Positions 22,210 to 30,545 of a DNA stretch of 42,930 nucleotides are shown piece after piece. The stretch comes from Promethearchaeota archaeon. Its GTDB lineage: Archaea; Asgardarchaeota; Thorarchaeia; Thorarchaeales; Thorarchaeaceae. The notes under the pieces were generated by a model. It was not told where the DNA came from, did not search any database, and saw only the letters and a program-made list of their open reading frames with translations. The position numbers and the translations under genes were made by a program. The number at the start of each line of letters is the position of its first letter. Within the stretch, counting starts at the first letter, position 1. Location of the stretch: assembly GCA_048937485.1 (NCBI GenBank), contig JBHLND010000002.1, positions 7,068 through 49,997 on the forward strand. The letters are read 5' to 3'.

Positions 22210-23661
22210 TTATGGTTTCTCCGAGCCCATAGTCCTATTGAACTTGTCCCCGTACAAGATTTCCCCATATCTTGCCAACGCCTTGGCAGCCAGAGCTCCC
22301 TTCTCTCCTGTTGCATATGTGGGAACGCCCATCAGTTCCATAATCTCTCCTGCCTTTGTTGTGAATCCACCCCCCATGGCTATCACCACAAAGGGTTTCT
22401 TGGATTGCTTTTGATAGTTGGCAATTTGATTGGTGATCTCCATTCCAAGACTTGGTGTTTGTAGCAACATTCCGATTACAAAGATGTCATATTCGTCACT
22501 TGCAATAGCTTCTTCAAACACTGCATCATATCTACTGGCTCCCGCATCTCCCACCACATCGAAAGGATTTCCAAAGGCGCAATAAGCAGGAAGTCGATCT
22601 CGGAGTTTCGCTTCAAGCTCAGGTGAAGGGTTTGGGATTGCTAGTCCTAAATCCTCCAAAGCATCAGTGGTCATTACACCTAGGCCGCCTCCATTCGTGA
22701 TCATGAGAACTCGGTCGCCCTTTCCAGGGGGTTGCATTGAGAGAGCCTTAGCCATATCGAACATGTGTTCGAAGTTATCGGCTCGTATCACTCCTGATTG
22801 CCTATATGCCGCATCTACGATGGTATCTAAGCCTGCCAGGGAGCCAGTATGAGAGCTTGCTGCGGCCTTGGCACGGCTTCCTCTACCAGATTTCACAACA
22901 AGAACTGGCTTGGTCGGAGTAATGGTCTTTGCAGTGTCAAAGAAAGAACGTCCTTTGTTGCTGTCATAGCCCTCCGTGTAATAGCAAATAACCTGTGTGG
23001 CTGAGTCTTCTCCCAGAAAACAGAGGAGGTCGTCATCATCCACATCGCATTTGTTTCCGAGGCTGATGATTTTGCTGACTCCTAGACCAAGCTCTGATGT
23101 CCAGTCGGCAATAGCCGCTGCAAAGGCTCCGGATTGCGAAACCAACGCGATATTGGCTACATTACTTGCCTTCGGCCGTGCACACCGATACTCCGGAAGG
23201 AAAAATGTATCTACGTGCGAGTGAGTGTCAATGACCCCCACACAGTTGGGTCCAATTACCCTGATTCCATATTTCTTTGCTATACTAACAACCTGGTTCT
23301 CTAATTCAGCTCCTATTGCTCCTGTTTCAGAGAAACCTCCCGATATGATGATAGCTGCCTTTGAGCCTTTCTTACCAATATCCTCAAACACCCTCGGAGC
23401 AAGCCTAGCTGGAACTGCCACTACAACCAGGTCGACTTTGTCTGGAATTTCCTGTAGTGACGGGTAGCACGGAACCCCAAGAACAGTCGAATACTTCGGA
23501 TTAACAGCATATACCTTGCCTGTGTACTGTGGCTTAATGAAGTTCTGAACTATGGCTTGTCCAACACTATTTTGGCTCGTTGAGGCTCCATAGATGGCAA
23601 CGCTCTTTGCGTTGAAGAAAATATCAATTCCATCGATATTGGCGCATGACAATGTGAGCAC
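22210..23661 (-). CDS. acdA: acetyl-CoA synthetase (ADP-forming), alpha subunit (CoA-binding + succinyl-CoA-synthetase-like domains)
   Basis: FFNAKSVAIYGAS, GPNCVGV, SQSGAF and the phosphohistidine loop ASSHTGSLAG. GTG start. Confidence 0.9.
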   Translation of the reverse strand: MLTLSCANIDGIDIFFNAKSVAIYGASTSQNSVGQAIVQNFIKPQYTGKVYAVNPKYSTVLGVPCYPSLQEIPDKVDLVVVAVPARLAPRVFEDIGKKGSKAAIIISGGFSETGAIGAELENQVVSIAKKYGIRVIGPNCVGVIDTHSHVDTFFLPEYRCARPKASNVANIALVSQSGAFAAAIADWTSELGLGVSKIISLGNKCDVDDDDLLCFLGEDSATQVICYYTEGYDSNKGRSFFDTAKTITPTKPVLVVKSGRGSRAKAAASSHTGSLAGLDTIVDAAYRQSGVIRADNFEHMFDMAKALSMQPPGKGDRVLMITNGGGLGVMTTDALEDLGLAIPNPSPELEAKLRDRLPAYCAFGNPFDVVGDAGASRYDAVFEEAIASDEYDIFVIGMLLQTPSLGMEITNQIANYQKQSKKPFVVIAMGGGFTTKAGEIMELMGVPTYATGEKGALAAKALARYGEILYGDKFNRTMGSEKP

Positions 23662-23772
23662 CCTCGGCTTTCGTGTGTCGACTGGAATATCATGCCTACT
23701 TGATTGTTGTTGTCCAGCGACAAATCACAACTCTAATAGCATAAACACCAAAACAACGTTTGTTGAGATACC

Positions 23773-24780
23773 TTGACCTTTGACATTTCCAGTGATGGCG
23801 GTGCCATACTCAATGCATCAGCCTCCGATTTGGAACATATGATGACACTTGCATTTGAGAGTAGAATCAATACATTCGGGAGAAATCTCACCTGTTATAG
23901 TCCGACCGCTTATCCTTACAAGATTCGCGATCATCAACATACAAGCTCTCATACATTCACTTCCCTCAGTATTACTGGCACCTCATGCGCTCTTGGATGT
24001 GAACATTGTAAGGGTCGTTTGCTAAAGGGCATGGAATCAACAACTTCCCCAGAAACACTTCTTGAACGTTGCAGAGAACTTGCCAGCCGTGGAGCAAAAG
24101 GAGTCCTCATCAGCGGAGGTTCTGATGCAAGAGGCCATGTTCCGTTGCTTGAATTTGGTGATGCGATAAAAGAAGTAAAAGACACCCTAGATCTGACAGT
24201 TGTTGTCCATACTGGATTAGTGGATGAACAGACGGTTCACATCCTAAAAGAAGCTAGAATTGATGCAGCGATGCTGGATATCATCGGAGATGAGGCCGTT
24301 GCCAGAAAAGTGTACCATATAGAGAATGGGCCTGAAAAGATGGGAAGATCTCTGGAGCTGCTCAAAGCAAATGAAGTTCCAACTGTCCCCCATGTACTTG
24401 TAGGTTTGAATTATGGAAGGCCGGCCGGTGAGCTGAATGCATTACAGATGATATCTGAAAACAGTCCCGCCGCAGTTGTCATAATTGCCTTGAGTCCTGT
24501 ACGCAGCACACCCATGGCTGATGTTAGACCTCCTGCACCTGAACTGATTGGACGTGTCCTTACTGTTACACGCTTAGCGCTGAGAAATACACCTGTCTTG
24601 CTTGGCTGCGCAAGACCAATTGGCCAACATAAGATAGACACTGACAAGTACGCAATTTCGTCCGGGGTCAATGGGGTGGCCTACGTTAGTCAAGAAGGAG
24701 CAGACTTTGCTCGGTCCAAGCGCCTCAACCCAATCTTTGTTGACGAATGCTGTAGTCTTGCATTTCTCTCCCTGCTCTAG
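23773..24780 (+). CDS. radical SAM enzyme (BioB/LipA-like size and layout); specific function not determinable
   Basis: CALGCEHC (CxxxCxxC) cluster motif after SLSITGTS, and a glycine-rich GVLISGGSD. TTG start in the track; an in-frame ATG-ATG pair (MMTLAFES...) lies 21 codons downstream. Confidence 0.75.
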   Translation: MTFDISSDGGAILNASASDLEHMMTLAFESRINTFGRNLTCYSPTAYPYKIRDHQHTSSHTFTSLSITGTSCALGCEHCKGRLLKGMESTTSPETLLERCRELASRGAKGVLISGGSDARGHVPLLEFGDAIKEVKDTLDLTVVVHTGLVDEQTVHILKEARIDAAMLDIIGDEAVARKVYHIENGPEKMGRSLELLKANEVPTVPHVLVGLNYGRPAGELNALQMISENSPAAVVIIALSPVRSTPMADVRPPAPELIGRVLTVTRLALRNTPVLLGCARPIGQHKIDTDKYAISSGVNGVAYVSQEGADFARSKRLNPIFVDECCSLAFLSLL

Positions 24781-25312
24781 AACGACCGACTAGCCATCCA
24801 GCTAGCTCATAGCCGAAATCAAAAACCCAAAGTCCAATTGCTGCTAGGAGGAAATCTGGCCAAGGTATGCATAGCCCAAGAACCACTACCTTCAACGTGA
24901 AACGGTAACGGAAGAACTTGAATGCAAAGGTCTCTTGATTGCTATCTACTCTCTCATTTTGAATCTCATCAACAACTGCGGCGAGCAGAAGAACAACTAG
25001 TATCGTGAACCATACTGCAATGTCCGAAACCACAGGAACTCCATTCAGCAATAGAGTCACTCCAATCAGAATGAAACCGATTAGAAACTGAGGTCTGTTC
25101 ACTTTTCCGGAAACTACTACTCCAATCAAAATCGCTGTCAGTAGAACCAAGTCCCATTCTGAATAAGACATGAGCAATCCAAATGAAAACCCAGAGAAAC
25201 CGAGAGGTAGTAGTGATAGTTTTGGCTGCTTCAGGAGATCAAGAAGGTCATCACCGAGCTTTAGTGTGAACCCAGCGGACCAGTATATAATAAGAATCAA
25301 CCACTCAAGCAT
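24725..25312 (-). CDS. polytopic membrane protein, unknown function
   Basis: At least five hydrophobic helices (LILIIYWSAGF, LLTAILIGVVVSG, FLIGFILIGVTLLL, VWFTILVVLLLAAVV, VVVLGLCIPWPDFLLAAIGLWVF). Its 3' end overlaps the radical SAM gene by 56 nt. Confidence 0.55.
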   Translation of the reverse strand: MLEWLILIIYWSAGFTLKLGDDLLDLLKQPKLSLLPLGFSGFSFGLLMSYSEWDLVLLTAILIGVVVSGKVNRPQFLIGFILIGVTLLLNGVPVVSDIAVWFTILVVLLLAAVVDEIQNERVDSNQETFAFKFFRYRFTLKVVVLGLCIPWPDFLLAAIGLWVFDFGYELAGWLVGRSRAGREMQDYSIRQQRLG

Positions 25313-25468
25313 GTTTTAACCTCTGGGACTATAGCTCTGAGAGATTTAGAAAGGGGCTCCTCAGTCTAACTATGACTCGTCGCTGGACAATCTGTCCTCG
25401 GATAGCCAATTGCATCATCGGAGCCACTGATGAATCCGATGATTCTCTGATAAAACTTGGTGCTTGGC

Positions 25469-25753
25469 CTAAAGCAATACAACGGGTGTGCCTATAGCCT
25501 GTCCGGGAAGATTCGTACGGAATTTTGCACGAACCACTCCACCGTTACCATGCGCCCCAAGGACCTTTCCGAGAAACTCTCTTCCCTCAGATGAAGTCCA
25601 ACGAACTTTTCGACCCACCAATGATGCAGCTCCTGCTCTCGTCTTAATCTCATCAAACAGTAGAAGAACCTGGTTCGGGTGTTGAAGATGCTTTCCTCTA
25701 CGGTAGCTGGTCACTACACCTTTCAGACCCTTCTTAACGCTAGTTTCCGACAT
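25469..25753 (-). CDS. rpl35ae: 50S ribosomal protein L35Ae
   Basis: GVVTSYRRGKHLQHPNQVLLLF...GRKVRW...GKVLGAHGNGGVVRAKFRTNLPGQAIG. I start it at ATG (complement 25751-25753) because GGAG lies 10 nt upstream and a TATA-like TTATATGAAA lies at 25797-25806. The track begins at GTG 25783. Confidence 0.88.
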   Translation of the reverse strand: MSETSVKKGLKGVVTSYRRGKHLQHPNQVLLLFDEIKTRAGAASLVGRKVRWTSSEGREFLGKVLGAHGNGGVVRAKFRTNLPGQAIGTPVVLL

Positions 25754-25835
25754 TGGACTTTCTCCTAAGGAGTTCTGGTTCACGCCTTTCGGATTTCATA
25801 TAAGACTTGTGTCAGAGGAACAACAACTGATTGGG

Positions 25836-26480
25836 CTATTCAATTCTTGGACCCTCTGATGAGGGCGGTGAATCGGACTCTCTTGCAGTCTCTGCATCAA
25901 GCTGCCTTTGCATCATCCTGCCCTTCTCCATTAACACATCGCGGACTGCCCATCCTATCGCATTCTGTTGTGAAGAGATTCTGAACATGATAAACCACAG
26001 TCTGCCATCTGCAAATTGACCTGCGCTGGACAAATCATCAACTATGTTCTTCGCCTCTTCAATCTTGAATTCAGACGAATTCAACCGCCTCACAATCATT
26101 GCTTCTTTATCAACGATGAATGCTACCCTTCGTGCAAGTTGACCGATGCCGACTATGGTCAAGAACACAACAAAGACTAGTAGTGGCATAAGAGGGAATA
26201 GGATCATAATATCCCCTGCAAGCAAAGCAAGACCCGCTATCGTCGATATGAGGACTGCTTCAAGTATCATACCCTCAAGAACAATATTGGCAGTCTGAGT
26301 CATGCGCCACCTGTAGAATCTTGACAGTGATGACTTTGGTGTTCGAAAGTTTGTCAAATCATCGATGTAAGCCTGTTCTCCCTTTCGGCCAATGTAAATC
26401 CAGACTCCCTGTATAAAGAGCGCATTGATTACAATCAGGTAGGAAAACATGTCACGGATTATTTCGATGGGAGCCTGCAT
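25836..26480 (-). CDS. membrane protein, unknown function
   Basis: Two hydrophobic regions (MFSYLIVINALFIQGVWIYI; a long one at AVLISTIAGLALLAGDIMILFPLMPLLVFVVFLTIVGI) followed by a soluble C-terminal domain. A TATA-like GCTTTAAA on the coding strand sits 25 nt upstream of the ATG. Confidence 0.55.
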   Translation of the reverse strand: MQAPIEIIRDMFSYLIVINALFIQGVWIYIGRKGEQAYIDDLTNFRTPKSSLSRFYRWRMTQTANIVLEGMILEAVLISTIAGLALLAGDIMILFPLMPLLVFVVFLTIVGIGQLARRVAFIVDKEAMIVRRLNSSEFKIEEAKNIVDDLSSAGQFADGRLWFIMFRISSQQNAIGWAVRDVLMEKGRMMQRQLDAETARESDSPPSSEGPRIE

Positions 26481-26504
26481 AGTCAGAGTAGACTCCGTTG
26501 CATG

Positions 26505-26512
26505 TTTAAAGC
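26505..26512 (-). promoter_or_regulatory. TATA-like element positioned for a leaderless transcript of ORF 25836-26480
   Basis: Plus strand TTTAAAGC (26505-26512) equals GCTTTAAA on the minus strand. Its near edge is 25 nt from the ATG at 26480. Confidence 0.3.
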
Positions 26513-26750
26513 TATTGTACTCGGCGGCATAGTGATTAGTTTCGCTTTTCTCTCCGCCCGTTTAGAGTACGGGCAAGTAGATTGCGGACCCCAGAAAACA
26601 TGAATCCAGTATGTATTCCTCTGTATCTTGATTCATTTTTGGATTCACGAGCCCGGGTTTGCCCTCCCGGAATATACCTGGGCTCGTGTTACTATCTATG
26701 CTGCGAATGACTTATCTCTCGTCATCAAACCTGGTCTTTCGGTTACTATA

Positions 26751-27674
26751 ATGCATCGCGTTCAACATATTGATCCCGATAAACATGACAGTGTCAAAAG
26801 CCTCCTTGATGGCATGAATGAGGTTGGAGTTCTTGGTGCCGGTCGAATTGGGCGAGCGAAGTCAATCATTGAGAGGATGTTTGAGGATACTGAGTGCCTC
26901 AAGTTTCTCTCGCTATCCGGTCCTATGGTTCCAGGGGGTCTCCGCTACATCATTAGTCATCTTGTAGAACACGGATACATCAATGCTATTGTCACAAGCG
27001 GTGCAAACATAGTTCATGATCTTGTTGAAGCCTATGGTGGAGGTCACTATAGAGTTCCTCATGGCGATGATGATTTCTCTTTGAGAGAGGCTGGCATGGG
27101 TCGCATAGCTGACATTGTTGTCCCTGAGAAGGACTTTGAGGTTTTTGAGAGCGAGACCTACAAGTTCTTGGACAATCTTCCAGAGGGTAAGATGAAAGGG
27201 CTATCACCAAGTGAAATTATAACAGAGATTGGACAAACACTTGAGGATGAGAAGTCCATAGTCTACCAAGCAGCTCAGAAGAATGTTCCAATATTCTCTC
27301 CAGGTCTCATGGATTCGATGCTCGGTTTTCACATGTTCACCTACAGCACTGCAAAGGATTTCTCACTTGACTTTGTAAAGGACCTTCGAATTCTTGCTGG
27401 CATCATTAACGAAACTAGGAAGACTGGTGCGATGATTCTTGGCGGGGGTCTGACGAAACACTTCACAATGGGTTCCACCATCCTAAAGGGCGGTCTCGAT
27501 ATGGCAATTCAGATTACTCTGGATCGTCCTGAAGGGGGAAGTCTAGGCGGAGCACCTTTGGTCGAAGGTGTGTCTTGGCAAAAGATGCAGACTGAAGCCA
27601 ACTTTGAAACCGTGATTGGTGACGCTACAATTCTCTTTCCGCTGTTGATTCTGGGCGTTCTGAGTAGACACTAG
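26751..27674 (+). CDS. dys: deoxyhypusine synthase
   Basis: FLSLSGPMVPGGLR, NAIVTSGANIVHDL, ILGGGLTKHF and SWQK are typical of DHS. I trimmed it to ATG 26751 (307 aa) because the 41-codon TTG-initiated extension contains GC-rich inverted repeats and has no DHS-like sequence. Confidence 0.88.
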   Translation: MHRVQHIDPDKHDSVKSLLDGMNEVGVLGAGRIGRAKSIIERMFEDTECLKFLSLSGPMVPGGLRYIISHLVEHGYINAIVTSGANIVHDLVEAYGGGHYRVPHGDDDFSLREAGMGRIADIVVPEKDFEVFESETYKFLDNLPEGKMKGLSPSEIITEIGQTLEDEKSIVYQAAQKNVPIFSPGLMDSMLGFHMFTYSTAKDFSLDFVKDLRILAGIINETRKTGAMILGGGLTKHFTMGSTILKGGLDMAIQITLDRPEGGSLGGAPLVEGVSWQKMQTEANFETVIGDATILFPLLILGVLSRH

Positions 27675-27785
27675 TTCTTTGACTCCAGAAAACCAAGGTC
27701 CGATGCGAGTTCATGCACTCAATTGCGAAGACTTATCTCCGTTTATGGTTAACGAATGTTAAGATATTACTTGAGAGGAGTAGAA

Positions 27786-28184
27786 ATGACTGACAAGTAT
27801 CCAATTCCCTACAGCAAGGAATCCGTGTACTTCCAGTACAATGTCAAGGATTTTGACCGAGCCAGAAAGTTCTATGGAGAAATCCTAGGACTCGAGAAGA
27901 CCTGGGACGGCGGTGAAGAAGCTGGTTGGATGGAGTTTGCTCTGCCAATCACCGGTGCAAGACTTGGTCTGAACTACCAACGCGAGGGGGAGATTCGACG
28001 TGGGTCAGGTGTTCTGACTCTAGTAGTTGATGACCTTGAAGTCACTAGGAAGTATCTTTCAAGCAAAAAGGTCGAATCGGATGACATCGTAGATATCCCT
28101 GATATGGTGTCATACTTCAATTTCCACGACTCAGAAGGCAATCCAATACAGGTTGTGTCGGATCCGCGAGTTAAATCAAAGTAA
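27786..28184 (+). CDS. VOC (glyoxalase/bleomycin-resistance/dioxygenase) fold protein
   Basis: YFQYNVKDFDRARKFYGEILGLEK...FHDSEGNPIQVV is a beta-alpha-beta-beta-beta module pattern. ATG 27786 is preceded by GAGAGGAG. Confidence 0.75.
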   Translation: MTDKYPIPYSKESVYFQYNVKDFDRARKFYGEILGLEKTWDGGEEAGWMEFALPITGARLGLNYQREGEIRRGSGVLTLVVDDLEVTRKYLSSKKVESDDIVDIPDMVSYFNFHDSEGNPIQVVSDPRVKSK

Positions 28185-28198
28185 TTGGCGATGATAGT

Positions 28199-28453
28199 TC
28201 ACGCCATTATAGGTTGCTCCTGAGTCTGATATCTGGAAGTCAAGACTCTGAATTGCAGGTAGAATAGACTAGTGAATATAGCAATATACATGACAGCAAC
28301 ATAAAGCGGCAAATCGCTGCCAAAACCAAGGTTTTCTATCATCGGGGAAAGCAAATAGATTAGCGGCGTGCCTATTATCAGGGTGCCCACGAAGCTGACC
28401 AAGAGCATCCTACTACAATCTTCATCCACGATGTAATCCTCATTCCCTCTCAT
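28199..28453 (-). CDS. small two-helix membrane protein, unknown function
   Basis: 84 aa with two hydrophobic helices (MLLVSFVGTLIIGTPLIYLLSP; LPLYVAVMYIAIFTSLFYL). Confidence 0.4.
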   Translation of the reverse strand: MRGNEDYIVDEDCSRMLLVSFVGTLIIGTPLIYLLSPMIENLGFGSDLPLYVAVMYIAIFTSLFYLQFRVLTSRYQTQEQPIMA

Positions 28454-28543
28454 GAATGAAGCAGACTTATAGATATGATGTGGAATATCGAGGCAAAGAA
28501 AGGGGTGAAGAATGGATTAGCAAGCCACCGCTAGGCAGCCATA

Positions 28544-28801
28544 CTAACCCGGTTCTCCCCGACACAAGCATTCTCGACCCTCGTCCATAGCTCCCCCTTT
28601 TCTTCTTGCTAGGAACACCAACACTATCACCACATCAAGAACTGCTGCACCTATAATAAGGAGGGGTTCAACTGGTAGCCCAATCGATACCACAGTCAAG
28701 ACAGCAAATCTGCTATTCGATTCCATATACCTTTGAACTAGCATTATTGCTGGTTTAACAATGCACCCATCTATCTTCCTCGCCATCTTCGATAGATCCA
28801 A
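28544..28801 (-). CDS. small membrane protein, unknown function (real start possibly ATG at 28744)
   Basis: Hydrophobic helices FAVLTVVSIGLPVEPLLIIGAAVLDVVIVLVFL. The first 19 codons overlap the end of ORF 28771-29979. The internal Met20 would remove the overlap. Confidence 0.35.
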   Translation of the reverse strand: MDLSKMARKIDGCIVKPAIMLVQRYMESNSRFAVLTVVSIGLPVEPLLIIGAAVLDVVIVLVFLARRKGGAMDEGRECLCRGEPG

Positions 28802-29979
28802 TCCGCTACTATCAATGTACTCACAACAATAGTAATGATCCCATTTGCTAGAAATGCCGCCGCCGGGAATCTTACTATTCCAAAGCCAATACTAAACCAA
28901 GGTCCGTCAGTGATGAGCCTTTTTCCATACAAATTCCCATTTTCTGTTCGGACAATGACGCCATCCCATCCGACGGCCCAGCCATGAGTTTCGTTGATGA
29001 AATCAACAGCGTTGAGACTTGCGGATCTTGGCATCTGGTCATACCACGTTTTTCCCCCGTCAGGCGTATAGGCCACTGCCGGATTGCCTGATCCTACAAG
29101 CCAGCCTTTTTGGTTGCCAATGAATTCCATGTCTTTATAGAAATCGATTCTCCAGCTTCGCTGCGAGACAACCATGTCAGGGCTCCAATTTTGACCATCT
29201 GTTGTGTGTGCGATTCCCAGGTCATAGCCTAACGCCCATGCATGAGTTCCGTTGGAAGCAGACATGGAATATGCCCTTTGCTCTCGCTCATGAATCCAAG
29301 TTTCTCCTCCATCCGCAGAATGGAAGATTCCGTCATAACCACAACACCATATGTTTGTTCTATTAACAAAATGAATCTGATACAAAGACGAGTCAAACGA
29401 CCATGATTGGACTTCTTGCCAGGTTTCGCCTGAGTCAAAGGTCTCGAAGAGCTGGTGATTACCGCTGGCGAGACCATAAGTATTATTGAGGAATTCCACA
29501 GTTGATGCCCTTCCGTAAACGCCGTAGACGGATTGCCATGTCTGCCCCCTATCTTCTGTGCGGAGCAGACCCCATCGAGTTGCTACCCAAATTCTCTCAG
29601 AATCCACTATCTCGATATGCATAATATAGTCATTCTGTCGGGAATAAACGATATCCCAAGTTTCCCCGCCATCATCAGTGTGCCAGATAATTCCATGCCC
29701 TATGTCTTCATATTCCATTCCAACATCACCTTTACCAACGACCCATCCTTCTGTGGCATTATAGAAGGCAACATCAAAATGCTGTTCTACCTCCCATTCA
29801 TGTGACTCAACAAGATATTCCCAAGTCGCTTGAGGTTCGCGAATTGCTGTTTCCAACTCAGTCACCGCTACTGTGCATATTACAAGCAGAATGGACAGTA
29901 GAACCAATCCCATCAATTCTCGGCTTGGCACGAAGTTATTCCCACCTACACCTCTTCGGATTACAGCGAAACGTTTCAA
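28771..29979 (-). CDS. membrane-anchored seven-bladed Asp-box (BNR/Ycf48-like) beta-propeller protein
   Basis: Six clear Asp-boxes: HTDDGGETW, RTEDRGQTW, TFDSGETW, SADGGETW, TTDGQNW, TPDGGKTW. A seventh, degenerate one is RTENGNLY. There is an N-terminal TM (LMGLVLLSILLVICTVAV) and a C-terminal hydrophobic segment followed by RRWRGR. Confidence 0.75.
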   Translation of the reverse strand: MKRFAVIRRGVGGNNFVPSRELMGLVLLSILLVICTVAVTELETAIREPQATWEYLVESHEWEVEQHFDVAFYNATEGWVVGKGDVGMEYEDIGHGIIWHTDDGGETWDIVYSRQNDYIMHIEIVDSERIWVATRWGLLRTEDRGQTWQSVYGVYGRASTVEFLNNTYGLASGNHQLFETFDSGETWQEVQSWSFDSSLYQIHFVNRTNIWCCGYDGIFHSADGGETWIHEREQRAYSMSASNGTHAWALGYDLGIAHTTDGQNWSPDMVVSQRSWRIDFYKDMEFIGNQKGWLVGSGNPAVAYTPDGGKTWYDQMPRSASLNAVDFINETHGWAVGWDGVIVRTENGNLYGKRLITDGPWFSIGFGIVRFPAAAFLANGIITIVVSTLIVADWIYRRWRGR

Positions 29980-30022
29980 CTATTTGGTTCTCAAAATGTC
30001 CTCCTCTTTGGCCATAATCCTT

Positions 30023-30433
30023 TTACTTGAGCTTCTGCATTTGCCAGACCGTATCTACAAGCATGAGAATCGAAAGAAGCATCATTGGAAACCAAGTAGA
30101 AAAGGGGACCAGCTTTTCAGTAATTCCTTCAAGAAATTCGTATGTCATTAGGGCAAGGTTTGAAGCATAAGCTAACAAGAGCAGAGCCAGAAGAATTCGA
30201 GTCAAGCCTGTTGTAATGCTTATTCTAGCCCGGAACCGCAAGACCAAGTATATGACTAATATGAATAGAGCTGTCGCTTCCCACCATACAATCACAATCA
30301 TTATCGTGTATGTATCTGGTTCAACGGCTATCAAATATTCGCCTTGATACAATCCACATGCAATTGCAGGTGGAATGAGGGTAATAGTAGTTCTAAATGC
30401 TACAGATTGCAGATTGAGGAAGTGAGCCCTCAA
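30023..30433 (-). CDS. four-helix membrane protein, unknown function
   Basis: 136 aa and almost entirely hydrophobic helices. Same strand as, and 43 nt downstream of, the propeller gene. Confidence 0.5.
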   Translation of the reverse strand: MRAHFLNLQSVAFRTTITLIPPAIACGLYQGEYLIAVEPDTYTIMIVIVWWEATALFILVIYLVLRFRARISITTGLTRILLALLLLAYASNLALMTYEFLEGITEKLVPFSTWFPMMLLSILMLVDTVWQMQKLK

Positions 30434-30545
30434 ACCCCTGTTATGAACCTCCTACTCAAGTAAGTAGTTAGACAGAGGGAAGTACAGATAAAGCTGCACG
30501 GAATATGTATGCAATTAGCGATTCGTTGGAGGCGGCACAAAACCA

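Noticed and set aside
25414-25455. C/D-box sRNA-like string (TGATGA ... 13 nt ... CTGA) in the rpl35ae downstream region
   Set aside because: Only one box pair with one potential guide is present. No second C'/D' pair at the expected spacing occurs on either strand, and there are no terminal complementary ends. The same bases are better explained by the 9-bp hairpin.
26628-26750. 41-codon TTG-initiated N-terminal extension of deoxyhypusine synthase in the ORF track
   Set aside because: The extension has no DHS-like sequence and is built from GC-rich inverted repeats. The ATG at 26751 gives a protein of typical archaeal DHS length, so I treat the extension as non-coding leader.
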